Below are positions 11,224 to 24,912 of a stretch of DNA of 64,000 bases, one piece after another. The DNA is taken from assembly GCF_006345805.1 (NCBI RefSeq), contig NC_043015.1:46190001-46254000 (forward strand), read 5' to 3'. The DNA comes from Octopus sinensis (lineage: Eukaryota). Both the position numbers and the translations under genes were made by a program. Positions within the stretch are counted from its first letter, which is position 1. Each line of letters begins with the position of its first letter. Under the pieces are notes generated by a model. It was not told where the DNA came from. It made no database searches and saw only the letters and a list, made by a program, of their open reading frames with translations.

Positions 11224-12047
11224 TATATATATATATATATATATATATATTGTGGTGCATCTGAGCACTGTATACAATAATTTCATTGTTATTATTATTA
11301 TTATTATTTATTTTTACACACACACACACACACACACACATACATACATACATACAACTGCAGCGTGGAAGGTGTTTATATATTTCTTTACTACCCACAA
11401 GGGGCTAAACAGAGAGGGGACAAACAAGGACAGACAAACGGATTAAGTCGATTATATCGACACCAGTGCGTAACTGGTACTTAATTTATCGACCCTGAAA
11501 GGATGAAAGGCAAAGTCGACCTCGGCGGAATTTGAACTCAGAACGTAACTGCAGACAAAATACGGCCAAGCATTTCGCCCGGCGTGCTAACGTTTCTGCC
11601 AGCTCGCCGCCTTGGAAGGTGTTTATAATCCATTTAAGAAACGCATAAAAACCGTTAGATTCACATCAACATTTAAATTTAATTTGCCAAAATATTTTTG
11701 TCGCTTTGAGATTGCGACGTGTTCACCGACAAAATTCCGTGTGTATATATATTTAATATATACACAGCCGAAATTGCGAGGATGATCTGGTTCTTGACTG
11801 AAGATTGAAGGCTTCGAATTTCTCGTCCGTGTTTTTTGTATCGTCTTCTAAATGTTTTACGTTCTTGTCCCAGTTTGTATTTTTCTACATATAATATATA
11901 TATATCACTTGATTTCAAATTTTCCCAAAGTGAAAGCCAAACTGAAAAGATCTTAATTCATTTTAATGGAATACTTTTCCAACAGTGGAAGACGGCATCA
12001 TCATCATTCCATAAGATGTGTTTTATGGCGAGAAAAATATTGTAGAA

Positions 12048-12439
12048 CTAGCAGTATCGCCCGGCGTTGCTCGGGTTTGTTTCGACCCTTTAGAATTGGA
12101 ATTTTTGAAAAGTAAACATTTTGCATTATGTAGCTTGTTTATTCTCTTTAAGTGAACATTTTTCTGGTTGAAATACACCGAAAAATGGTGACACAGCAGT
12201 CAAAAAATCGTAAAAATTAGGGATTTTCATAGAAAAAAAGCACCTCTTTGATGTAAATAATATTTGGTGTTAACATGGTCCGATTTGAATTTTTTCTTCT
12301 ACAGAAGAAAGAGTAAGCCTTCTTCTATCATACTCTCAATTTTGGTCAACTTGCGCCTCAGGGGTCTCGGAGGAGATAGTGTTAGTTGAAGGCTACCAAA
12401 TCTGCCATACACAGACAACTTCAGCTTTATATATAAAGA
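12048..12439 (-). mobile_element. Non-autonomous Helitron with a different body
   Basis: Minus-strand TCTTTATATATAAAG start; cccgagcaacgccgggcgatactgctag end. Confidence 0.8.
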
Positions 12440-12842
12440 TGACAAAGAAACGAGGAATATTGTCGTGGGATGTGCTTGAAACAAGTTTTATCTCCTTTAA
12501 AACACCTTTTCGACTTAAAATTGTTTTGAAATTATAAGCAGAAACAAATTACAGATTTGGGAGTGTGTCTGTATTATAAAACTATGATTAAATAAAAATT
12601 TCGAAAACGGGACAAAAATTTAGAATTTCAGGATCCAGCAATGTTTATGTAAATTTAAAACAACGAATTTCGCTGTTGTTTTTCAGTTGTGTTTTATTTT
12701 CTGCTGGAAAATAAAGGAATTGCGGATTATAATGGTGATCGCCGATTTCCAGTTTTCCCCCCCCCCTTCTAGCCTTCAAGGCTTTTCCCCATCGTTTTTA
12801 CATGAGTTGTGTAAAAAACAAAAAAACAAAAAAAAAAAAACA

Positions 12843-13457
12843 GGATCTTTTCGGTTTGACCGGCAGTTTTTAAAAAATAATTTCCACGTAACTAAACACT
12901 TTTAAACTTCGTATACTGGTAGAATGTGTTTATAAAACATCTTTTTCTCTTGGCTTTATTGAGAAAATTCTATGGTTTGTAAGATATTTGTTGGGGTTTT
13001 TTTCTTCAATTTCTGCAATTTCAACCTATGGGATCTTTTCGGTTTGAATGGTTGTTTTTTCTAGCGGTGTCATATGAAATTGTCACCCATAATTATAACC
13101 CTAGTATCGATCTATTGCATTTCAATTTGTTTTAGGGTTAGGGGTGAGGTTAGGGTTAGAGGTGGAGGAAGGGTATCTTTTTTCTTCACAAATGTAAATA
13201 AACCCAATCTGTTTCTTAAACAAGGGACATATTCATACAGCACGGAATGTTTTCACCCCAAATGGAGGTCAGCGATTGGTTAAAATTGCCGAAATGCTCG
13301 ATTTTAAAGTGGAAATATGTTACAACATATAGAATTTTCTCAATAAAGCCGAGAAAAAATGATGTTTTATAAACACATTCTACCAGTATACGAAGTTTAA
13401 AAGTGTTTAGTTTACTAGAAATTGTGTTGACATCTGCCGTTCAAAAGGAAAAGATCC
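12843..13457. mobile_element. Half copy plus inverted full copy of Merlin-like MITE family 1
   Basis: 12843-13026 is the left half; 13031-13457 is a full copy in the opposite orientation. Confidence 0.75.
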
Positions 13458-13476
13458 CATGCATACATACATACTT

Positions 13477-13511
<35 letters not shown>

Positions 13512-13639
13512 TACATACATGGTGGCTGCCCCCTCGTTATCGAGTATGGCCATTGCACGAAGCTTAATCAATGTTGTTATCGTGCAATGCCTGTGCAAGA
13601 ATTTTTTTAAAGTGAGGAAAGGCTGTGCACTGAGTCAAT

Positions 13640-14090
13640 CATACATGCATGCATGCATACATACATGCATACAAACATATATACATACGTGCATGTATGC
13701 ATACATACATACATACATACATGCATGCATACATACATACATGCATATAAACATACATACATACAAACGTACATACATACCTACGAACGTACATACATAC
13801 ATACATGCATGCATACATACATGCATACAAACATACATACATACATAACATACATACATACATGCATACAAACATACATTCATACATACATGCATACAAA
13901 CATGCATACATACATACATGCATACATACATACATACAAACATATATACATACGTACATACATGCATACAAACATACATACATACAAACATGCATGCGTA
14001 CATGTATACATACATACATGCATACATAGATACATGCATGCATACATACAAACATACATACAAACATGCATACATGCATCCATACATACA
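13640..14090. repeat. (CATA)n/(CATG) compound microsatellite
   Basis: Seen directly; accounts for several spurious ORFs. Confidence 0.97.
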
Positions 14091-14909
14091 GACAGACAGA
14101 CAGGTAGTGTGCGTTTGTCTCCCACCACTTAACGATGTTGGTTTGTTGATGTCCCCGTATGCTAGTGAATGAGCAAAAAGAGTGGCCAGTATACAGTTTG
14201 AGACCCGTTAACGAAAATGAAAATAACACCCAGTCTACAAAGTTTGAAAAAAATGTGTAAGAAACGATTATCTAAAAAAAAAAAATTGAGCAAACGGAAG
14301 GACTTTCGGAAAATTCACACGATCCGATTTCTTCCCTCATAATTTCCAGGAAAAATATTTTTCCACACAGATTTCTTAATACTCATAATCTACGCCTTTT
14401 GAAAGAGGTTTCTGTAAAATTTCATCAAAAGATATTCATTTTCCTGAGGGATAAAAACGGATCATGTGAATTTTTTTTCTCTTTCCTATTAATTTTCTAC
14501 ACATTTTTTTACACCTGGTAGGCTGGTTTTTTTGGTTTTTTTTTTTTCGTTAACGAGTCTCAAACTGTATATTGACCAAAAGAGTTGGAGAGAATAAGTA
14601 CAAGATTTTAATAAACGAATAAACAATGAAATGGGTTGATTTATTCGATTAATCTCTTCAAAGCGGGGTCCCAGCATTTCCTCAGTTCAACAACGAAAAC
14701 GGTAAAGAGAAAAAGTTTACTAGTATGAGTTATCGCCCTTCCACTGATAACCTACAAAACTATCGCAATTCGGCGACGAAATTCTGTATCGCTTTGACAT
14801 TTACTTCGAGTTACATCCATTTCAACCTCCTCCTCCTCCTCATCATCATCATCCTAGTCAGGTGTCGCACTATGCGATGCTGTGGTCATCACGATGTCTC
14901 GCCACCTTC

Positions 14910-15319
14910 GGATCTTTTCGGTTTGAACGGCAGTTTTTAAAATAATTTCCACGTAACTAAACACTTTTAAACTTCGTATACTGGTAGAATGTGTTTATAG
15001 AACATCTTTTTCCCTTGGCTTTATTGAGAAAATTCTATGGTTTGTAAGATATTTGTTGTTTTTTTTCTCTTCAATTTCTGCAATTTCAACCAATCAATGA
15101 CGTCTGTTGAGGTGAAAACATTCTGTGCCGTATGAAAATGTCCCTCGTTTAAGAAACAGATTGGGTTTATTTACATTTCTGAAGAAAAAAAGATACCCTT
15201 CCCCCACCCCGAACCCTAAAACAGATTGAAATGCAATAGATCGATACTAGGGTCATAATTATGGGTAACAATTTCATATGACACCGCTAGAAAAAACTGC
15301 CGTTCAAACCGAAAAATCC
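14910..15319. mobile_element. Merlin-like MITE, family 1
   Basis: TIRs; 8-bp TSD ccaccttc/ccgccttc. Confidence 0.78.
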
Positions 15320-15359
15320 CCGCCTTCTCCTGTCCTCTACCCCATGGACAGCTGAGAAT

Positions 15360-15930
15360 AAAGACAATTCTGTAGCTGTGAGATCTTTCAGCCAAGAAAT
15401 GGCTAGTCTGCCTCTTTTACGTCTGCCGTTCCCCTTGCCAGTTATGATCGTTCACTCAAGTCCATCCCGGTGCATGACGAGGCCAAAGAACCGTAGCTTC
15501 TGCTTCGTGATGTTTCGCCAAAGTGTCATCACGCAACCGAGCTTTTCTAGTGCCCAGTTGTTCGTCCTTCTCTCCTCCGTCCACGAGACTCTAAGGCAGT
15601 GGTTTTCAACCAGGGTTCCGCCAGTACAGTCCAGGGGTTCCGCAAGAAGTTACAAAACTGCTAAAATCGGCAGTAATCTTTAATTCTCCTGTGCAGATAT
15701 GTGTGCATAAGACTATTAAATTATTGCACAGGGGTTCCCCGAGCCAGTGAAATGTTTCCTTGGGGTTCCGCTCCAACAAAAAGGTTGAAAAGCACTGCTC
15801 TAAGGACTCTGCAGTAACACCACATTTCAAAAGCGCTCACTCTTTTCTCGTCTGCCTTCAACATTGTCCACGACTCGCAGCCATACGTCGCAATAGAGAA
15901 AGCGGCAGCCCGCAGTAGCCCTGTCTTCAA
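15360..15930 (-). mobile_element. RTE/BovB-like ORF2 C-terminal remnant interrupted by a hAT MITE
   Basis: FSIATYGCESWTMLKADEKRVSAFEMWCYCRVLR continues after the MITE. Confidence 0.75.
15597..15797. mobile_element. hAT-type MITE (201 bp)
   Basis: CAGTG(G/C)TTTTCAA TIRs; perfect 8-bp TSD ctctaagg. Confidence 0.85.
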
Positions 15931-18289
15931 ACCTTCTCAAAACACGTAAAATATATTAAATTGAGTTTCCATTTATTTATTGAGGTGTCAAAGTTTCCAT
16001 CTCATAAACACGACAGGTCACTCGATGCCACTAAATTCTGCCAGCTTAGATACAGAAAATATGAATTAAATGTGTTTTTTGTTTTAAGATAATACCTTTT
16101 GAAATGTGAGAGAAACAAGTCTATAATTTTTAATTTTAGACCTTCTACTTCATTTGTGTATATGTGTACCCATTTAACCCATAAAGTGTTAGGATTTGCA
16201 TTTACATAGCATGGACTGCTGGGCACATTTTTTGGATCTTTTCCTTTTGATGGACGGAATTTTGTAGTTAACTAAACAATTTGAAACTTCGTATACTGGT
16301 AGAATGTGTCAAAAGAAAACATTATTGTAAACAAACTTGAAAACAAAATTGTAATTTGTAAGTTTAATGTAGTTTAATTCTTCGAATTTTAACCAATGAA
16401 ATACCAGCATTTGAGCTCAAATCATTTGCTGCGTCTATTGAGACTACCATGCACATATGAAAAAAAACATAAAGTTGTTGAAATATCTTCTTAGTATATA
16501 ATAGTGGCAAGTTTTACATCATTTAAAAGTTCATTAGTTGAATTATTAGTCCTCCTGCATTCTGGGAGACATCGGAGTGTTTGAGTAACATTAGACCCCA
16601 ACAAACGCCCATGCATCTATCTGGGTCATGATCGTGGCTTGTCGACCTGTGTCTGATGACTACGATCGTGGCCCGTTGCGTTTTATGTGTTATGACAACA
16701 GTTTTACATTTAGTGGAAACTGTGGACTGTCAAGCCAACGATTGCACTCATGTGTGAAGTATTGGAAAACTTTTTGGCTCCCAGCATCAAATAGAAAAAT
16801 GCACAAGAAATTATGGAAACCCATTTGCGCTGAGAAAACAATTCTTAATTTTACTATTCATAGATATACAACTTATATTAAATTAATTGCAGCGTGGAAG
16901 GTGTTTGTAAGCCCTTTAAGAAACACACAAAAGCCGTTCGATTCACTTCAACATTTAAGTTTAATTTCTCAAAATATTTTCTTCGCTTTAAGACCGCGAC
17001 CTGTTCACTGACAAAAATCCGTGCTGCATCTCCTTTGTCAGTGAACAGGTCGCGGTCTTAAAGCGAAGAAAATATTTTGACAAATTAAACTTAAATGTTG
17101 AAGTGAATCGAACGGCTTTTGTGTGTTTCTTAAAGGGCTTACAAACACCTTCCACGCTGCAATTGTTTTCGTTCCAGCACACGATCTCAGATCAAATCAC
17201 TTGCTATGCGAGTACATCTCCTTATATTAAATTACTGTTTTATTTGTGAGGCCATTTTTCTTTCTCTTCGTTTAGGTGTTTGACATTTACTTTGAATTAT
17301 AGCCATTTCAACCTTCTCATCATCATCATCACCACCACCACCATCATCACCATCACCACCATCATCATCATCATCATCCTAGTCAGGTTTCAAGTTCATT
17401 AGTTGAACTATTAGTCCTTTAGCATTCTGGGAGACATCGGAGCGCTTGAGTGACATTAGACCTCCCTCAACAAATGCCCATGCATCTATCTGGGTCACGA
17501 TCGTGGCTTGTCGACCTGTGTCTGACGACCACGATCATCTTTGGACGGTTTCAAATCTGAATGAGGGTGAAAAGTTTCTCACCTTTGTCATCACTCAACT
17601 TGGTAGAAAATAATGGTGAAATCTCCCTTCAAATCACATCCTACTATCTTTATTCTTTATTTTTGTTTTGTTTTGTTTTTCGTGTTTGGTGTGTACACTA
17701 AAGATCAGTTGTGGACAACCTGCAGCCCACGGGATTTTTTGAGCAACGCTCCAAACAAAAAATTACCTTTGTAGCATAGCTGATATCCTCACTGTTTGAG
17801 AGATATATCAGAAATGATCTTGTGTTAGATAACAACCATCTTCGGCTATTTTGACCCTGTTGTGTCCACTGCTCTGATTGGTTGGCATTTGGTAAGCAAG
17901 CTACTTACCACACAGCCACTCCAGTATGTATGTGTGGATCTATAAATATTTAAACGAGGAAACAAAATCCTTAATTACAACAATGTAATATGATAGGCAT
18001 TTCAAACAGCAGCTGTTAACCGAGTAGAAAGAATGAAAGAGTTGTAGGCGAGGGTGGATCATAGTTTTTGTTTCTTTAGTGTTATTCACAAATATCTCTT
18101 ATCATCATTTTTATAAAATCGAACTCAGGTGTTACAATATTTCATTATGTTGCCACTAAAATATCAGATCATGAACGTGGGTGTATGTATATGGCCTAGT
18201 GGCTAAGAAATTTGCTTTAAACCTGCATGGCTTTAGTCTTAATCTCCCTGTGTGGTACCTTAGCCAACTATCTTATATGTTAGTTTCAT

Positions 18290-19400
18290 CTGTTATTTCT
18301 TTATTGCCCACAAGGGGTTAATCATAGAGGGGACAAACAAGGACAGACAAAGGGATTAACCCTTTCGTTACCAACCCAGCTGAAACCGGCTCTAGCTCTT
18401 TAGTACAAATGTTTTGTTTTCATAAGTTTTGAATTAAAATCTTCCACCAAACCTTAGTCACAATTTATATTCCTAACATTAGCTTAATGATAACTTAGTT
18501 ATTTTACTAAATTCTTTGTTATATTTAAAGTAATTGAAAGAAACACAGAGCATCTCAAAATAAATACAGTAACAAAAGGGTTAAGTCGATTACCTCGACC
18601 CCAGTGCGTAACTGGTGCTTATTTAATCGACCCCGAAAGGATGAAAGGCAAAGTCGACCTCGGCGGAATTTGAATTCAGAACGTAACGGCAGACGAAATA
18701 CCTATTTCTATTTCTTTACTACCCACGAGGGGCTAAACACAGAGAGGACAAACAAGGACAGACAAACGGATTAAGTCGATTACATCGACCCCAGTGCGTA
18801 ACTGGTACTTATTTAATCGACCCCGAAAGGATGAAAGGCAAAGTCGACCTCAGCGGAATTTGAACTCAGAACGTAACGGCAGACAAAATACCTATTTCTT
18901 TACTACTTACCATGGGCTAAACATAGAGGGGACAAACAAGGACAGACATAGGTATAAGTTGATTAGATCGACCCCAGTGCGGAACTGGTACTTAATTTAT
19001 CGACTCCGAAAGGATGAAAGGCAAAATCAACCTCGGCGGAATTTGAACTCACAACGTAACGGCAGACAAAATACCGCTAAGCATTTCGCCCAGCGTGCTG
19101 ACGTTTCTGCCAGCTCGCCGCCTTATTCTACCTTGGCAGAATTTGAACTCAGAACGTAGTGACAGGTGAAATACCTATTTCTTTACTACGCGCGAGAGGC
19201 TAAACACAGAGGGGACAAACAAAGACAAATGGATTAGGTTGATTACATCGATCCCCCTGTGCGAAGCTGGTACGTATTTAATCGACCCCGAAAGGATGAA
19301 AGGCAAAGTCGACCTCGGCGGAATTTGAACTCAGAACGTAATGGCAGACAAAATACCGCTAAGCATTTCACCCGGCGTGCTAACGTTTCTGCTACCTCGC
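18290..19400 (-). mobile_element. Tandem array of about five SINE B units
   Basis: Units join at gaaatacctatttc junctions; head present only at the right end. Confidence 0.85.
18360..18580. mobile_element. piggyBac-type MITE inserted in the TTAA of a SINE
   Basis: TTAA|CCCTTTCGTTAC ... GTAACAAAAGGG|TTAA; the host SINE has a single TTAA at this site. Confidence 0.85.
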
Positions 19401-20360
19401 AGTTTCATTTGTATTAGGTGTGGGCGTGGCTGTGTGCCGAGAAGTTTGCTTCCCAGCAACACTGTTCCCCTCCCACACCTCCACACACCCTTCCACATTG
19501 CTCGGTGGTCAGCCTGACATGCGCTCACACTGCACCTTGTTTTCCTATCTCCTGACTTTCATTTACGTTTGTTGTCCTAAGGCTTAACCCTTCACACGCC
19601 AGCTTAACCTAACTTGTCCTTTTCATCAAAAGACACCTGTTGTTATTTTTGTTGTTTGTATTTGTAATTGTGAAGCTTTTTCTCATTTTCTCATTTTTTT
19701 TTTTTTGGATGTCCTTAGCTTACATTCATGGAAAGCTATGAATGTTCTGTCCTGGCTTTCCTGTCCGTCTTTGTATTCTCCATCTGTCTGTATATTTTTA
19801 TTGTCATCCATTACATTCTTGTTCCATTTTTTGGATCTATATGTATATATATATATATATCACACATGCATATATATATGTTGCTCCATCTATACCGGAT
19901 GTCGCTTCTCCCACCACCATTATAGGTGTCTACTCTTCGAACCCCCCCTTCAATACGCTATTTCACCATGCATTACCCCTCTCTCGATATCCTACATTCT
20001 ACTTGCCTAGAACCTGTCATCATTTCTCTGAACCACCCCTCCCCTGGTGCTCCCCTCTATTTCTGCACCCCCCCCACACATAAAAGCACCATCCGAACGT
20101 GGCCGATGCCAGACCCCTCTGGCACCTGTGCAGGTGGCACGTAAAAAGCACCCACTACACTCGCGAGTGGTTGGCGTTAGGAAGGGCATCCAGCTGTAGA
20201 AACACTGCCAGACTAGACGGAGCCTGGGGCAGCCCCGAGCTCCCCAGACCCCGGTCGAAACCGTCCACCCGTGCTAGCGCGGAAAACGGACGTTAAACGA
20301 TGATGAGATGATGATGATGATATATATATACAAACATGCATATATATACATACATGTATG

Positions 20361-20397
<37 letters not shown>

Positions 20398-20639
20398 ACA
20401 TACATCATGCCCGTGCCGGTGGCATGTAAAAAGCACCATCTGATCATGACTGTTTGCCAGCCTCGTCTGGCACCCACGATACTCACAGAGTGGTTGGCGT
20501 TAGGAAGGGCATCCAGCCGTACAAACATTGCCAGATCAGACTGGGCCTGGTGCAGCCTTCTGGTTTCCCAGACCCCAGTTGAACCGTCCAACCCATGCCA
20601 GCATGGAAAGCGGACGCTAAACGAAGATGATGATGATAT

Positions 20640-21012
20640 ATGGAAGCACTCCATCGGTTACGACGATGAGGGTTCCGGTTGATCCGAATCAACGGAACAG
20701 CCTGCTCGTGAAATTAACGTGTAAGTGGCTGAGCACTCCACAGACACGTGCACCCTTAACGTAGTTCTCAGGGATATTCAGCGTGACACAGAGAGTGACA
20801 AGGCCGGTCCTTTGAAATACAGGTACAACAGAAACAGGAAGTAAGAGTGAGAGAAAGTTGTGGTGAAAGAGTACAGCAGGGATCACCACCATCCCCTGCT
20901 GGAGCTTCGTGGAGCTTTTAGGGGTTTTTGCTCAATAAACACTCACAACGCCCGGTCTGGGAATCGAAACCGCGAGTCCGCTACCCTAACCACTGGGCCA
21001 TTGCGCCTCCAC
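20640..21012 (-). mobile_element. tRNA-derived SINE family D. Other pieces 24921-25040(+), 37610-37820(-), 42710-43250(-), 45750-45870(+)
   Basis: tggcccagtggttaggg A box; tttcgattccc B box. Confidence 0.8.
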
Positions 21013-21339
21013 TGATGATATATATATACTTATATATGCTTGCAGGTCCACTCATTTATTCAAATTATTCTTCTGGTCTTTTACTTCTTGTCAGGAATTT
21101 AGGTTATCACAAACCAATCTAAATATTTATTCCTCCTTGTTTACTAATTACTCTAAATCACATATAATTTGGTTAATTAGCTCTCTTATTTATATATCAT
21201 TAGTCAACTAGTCAACACGGTGGTTGACTAGGCAGTTTGATTTCAATCTCACTGGAAAGCAAGATAATGGTTGCTGATAAATGCAAAGATTTTCTCTGAA
21301 GAATGTACCTTCCAGCATAGATTAGTCATCAAAGACTTT

Positions 21340-23665
21340 AGGCTAGAAGGATTCCAAGAAATAGAACAATCTGGAAAAGGATTTGGAAGTTTAGGGATCC
21401 TTTAAATTGTAAAAGATTTAAGGACACCCTAATTTTGAAATTTAATGAGCAGGAAGAACTGTAGACTTGTACTATAGAGGACAAATGGAAGTTTCTACAG
21501 GCCAGATCTGTGGCTGGTGCAAAGTGCCAACCAAACCAAGAATGATGTGGTGGTGGAACGGTGCTGTAGACAAGGCCATTAGAGTGAAAGAGAAACCTGG
21601 ATGAATGGTGGTAATAGACAAGCAATGTCTGGAATCAAAGGGCTTTCAGGATAATTTAGCAATGACCAAAATCGTAATTAGTAGGAAAACAGACAAATCA
21701 CTGATTCCTTCAGGGAGATGATCCTGTGTGATATAATAATATAATAATAATGAAATTATTGTATACAGTGCTCAGGTGCACCACAACTTGTCAGAAAGTG
21801 TGTATAAAGTGTATGCAGTAATGTACAAATGTCTGGAAAGCGAACAATGTATGAGTCAGATATATGCTTGCGTGTGTATGGAGGGGAGAAAATCAGGTGT
21901 AGTGTTGGCGAATCTCAGGAAGCATGGAAGTTTTGAAGGATGCAGTGCTCCGACAACTAACAACTGATGCCGGCAGTTTGTTCCATGCTTCAGCAGCTCT
22001 CAGCGTGAAAAAAATGTTTCCTAAAGTCATGGGAGCTGTGCTGCTTTCTGACTTTGTAAATATGTCCACGGGTGCTAGACGGGTGGAGTTTGAAAAGGTG
22101 CTCAGAGTTATTGTTTGTAAGATGGTTAATAATTTTATGGGTGTCTGCCAAGTCAGCTGCCAGACGTCGGAGTTTCAATGTGTCCATGCCCAGGGAAGTA
22201 AGGCGTTGAAAAGGTGTCAGTAGAAACTCCATTCAATATATCCTGTGCAAGCTATAGGCACATAAGAGATGTAGCAGTATCACTGGAAGATTAACAGAGA
22301 AAAATGAGTTTGCAAGTGACAGATACATTAAACACTGGGAATGCACAGAAAATAGACTCCCTATGTCCAGGGAGAAGTCCTTCGAAGGAGTAGACAGTTT
22401 CCATTACATAAGAGACTGAGTTAGCAGTGGTAGAGGTTGTTCCAAAAGTATCATCATCATCATCGTTTAACGTCCGTTTTCCGTGCTAGCACGGGTTGGA
22501 CGGTTCGACCAGGGTCTGGGAAGCCAGGAGGCTGCACCAAGCTCCAGTCTGATCTGGCAGTGTTTCTGCAGCTGAATGCCCTTCCTAACGCCAACTACTC
22601 TGTGAATGTAGTGGGTGCTTTTTACGTGCCACCGGTACAGGTGCCAGGGGAGTCTAGCAGCGGCCATGATCAGTAGGTGTTTTTTACATGCCACCAGCAC
22701 AGAAGCCAGTTAAGGTGGCGCTGGCATCGGATGGTGCTTTTTACGTGCCACCGGTACAGGTATCACAACTACTATTTCCATTTGATATTTATTTCGATGT
22801 TCATGTACCTGACTCAATAGGTCTCCTCAAGCACAGCAGGTTGTTCTGAAATCCAAGGTACTTTGAATGGGCTGGGCAAAGTTCAGAGAGCTACTATCTG
22901 CTAGTAACAAAGGGCCTCTCCCTCAGAGTGAAAGGCAGATTGTACGGTGCCTGTATATGAATAGCTATGCTACATGGTAGTGAGACATGAACTGTGAGAA
23001 TAAGATGTGAAGGCATGAAAGAAATGAAGTCAGCATGCTCCACTGGATGTATATACTACAGAATGTGATTTGAAAGAAAAACTGGACATATGAGGCATCA
23101 GATGTGGTATGCAAGAGAGAAGACTGCACTGGTATGGTCATGTGATGCACATGGATGAGGATGGTAGCGTCAAGAAGTGCTGATCTCTAATTGTGGAGGG
23201 AGTTTGACAAAGGGGTACACCCAGGAAAACATGGGACAAATAATCTTGAAATGTTGGGCCTCACAGAAGGGATGACAAGGGACCAAGACTTCCGGTGGTT
23301 TGCTGTGCTCTTGAATCATGGCCGATGCCAGCGCCGCCATGACTGGTTTCCGTGCCGATGGCACGTAAAAAACACCATCTGAATCGTGGCCGATGCCAGT
23401 GCTGCCTTGACTGGCTTCCGTGCCGGTGGCATGTAAAATGCACCAATCCGATCGTGGCCATTGCTAGCCTCGCCTGGCACCTGTGCCGGTGGCACGTAAA
23501 AAGCACCCACTACACTCACGGAGTGGTTGGCGTTAGGAAGGGCATCCAGCTGTAGAAACACTGCCAGATCAGACTGGAGCCTGGTGCAGCCTTCTGGCTT
23601 CCCAGACCCCCGGTCGAACCGTCCAACCCATGCTAGCATGGAGAACGGACGTTAAATGATGATGA
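21340..23665 (+). mobile_element. Highly degenerate RTE LINE with own 3' UTR, interrupted by a CR1-like piece and an antisense RTE UTR
   Basis: Nucleotide similarity to the 6492-8503 and 60.4-61.2 kb copies (ggcaaagttcagagagct, cagagtgaaaggcaga). Confidence 0.75.
21738..22215 (-). mobile_element. CR1-like LINE 3' fragment with (ATT)n tail
   Basis: LKLRRLAADL..THKII..STRGH.YKV.K..FRKHFF. Short tail copies occur at ~11250-11300 and ~46320-46380. Confidence 0.8.
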
Positions 23666-24387
23666 TAGATATTAAGCAAACTGTGTAAAAAACACCCAGT
23701 ACAATGGTTAGTATTAGGAGGTCATCAAACCGTTGAAACCAGGGAAAAACCGTGCCAATGGCATCTAGGCAGCTCCTATGAAACTGTCCAACCCATGTCA
23801 GTATAGAAAACAGACATTAAATAATGATGATGATGATGATGATACTACACACATATGATGAGCTGCCACACAGTTTCCAGCACCCAAATTCAACCACAAG
23901 GCACTGGTCAGCTCAGTGCTGTAGCAGAAAATATTTACCCAAGATGCCATGTAGTGGGACTGACCCTGAAACCATATGGTTGCAGAGCGAACTTCGTAAC
24001 CACACAGCCATGCCTGCAACAGGAAAACACAAAAAGAAAAAAAAAAAGAAATCTAAGAGTGACCCCCCCAAATCCTGTTGTCCGAAGAGGACATCAGTCT
24101 TAGCCTCTGACCCACAACTTCAAAGAATGAGATAAAAAAAAAAAAAACTCCAAAAAACATTACAGAAAATAATTTTATTTAAGGCAATTCGAAAGCAGTG
24201 TTGGTCAAGATTCAATGTTCATGGAATGTAGTTTTTGTTTTTAGTTGTTTGTCGTTCTCTTTGTTCAGTATGAAAGGCTGAGAGTTGTGATCAAGTGCCA
24301 AGTGATATTTTATTTATATACTGATGTATGTCGTACCACTCATTCTTACATGTGATATACATATGTACTAAGACTGTTGTCTAATCA

Positions 24388-24426
<39 letters not shown>

Positions 24427-24750
24427 ATTTTTTGGCTCAAAAAGCCAAAAGCAAGGCCATGTAGAGGGACATGGAGTTATGTACAGGGTGGTGTTCATGT
24501 AAAGGGTTCAGGCCATTTGTGGTCAAGGGAGACTTTGAACCGAACAGTCATCGGTTGGGTAGGACTCTCCTCAACACCAACACTGACAGAATAAGCATGG
24601 ACACACAGACATTTTATGTCAGAACAATAAAAAGATAGCGGAATGTTTGTATGGAGGTCACTGTGGAACATATCTTCAGTTTCTTTTAAAATATTAAATA
24701 TTATTATATACACTGGAATGCTTAACCACCTTTTCATTTTTACAATATAT
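24388..24750 (-). mobile_element. CR1-like LINE 3' remnant with (TAAC)n tail
   Basis: Tail matches 52250-52305; RFKVSLD motif. Confidence 0.7.
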
Positions 24751-24791
24751 ACACACACATTATATATATATATATTATATTATATAATATA

Positions 24792-24912
<121 letters not shown>

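Noticed and set aside
13459-14229. Long ORFs rich in Y/I/H/T/M/C/V (also at 24.6-25.0, 43.2-43.9, 45.4-46.3, 59.6-60.0 and 63.2-64.0 kb)
   Set aside because: Translations of (CATA)n and (TA)n microsatellites.
16628-17011. 127-aa ORF
   Set aside because: Spans a local duplicate and a palindrome arm; no recognisable domain.
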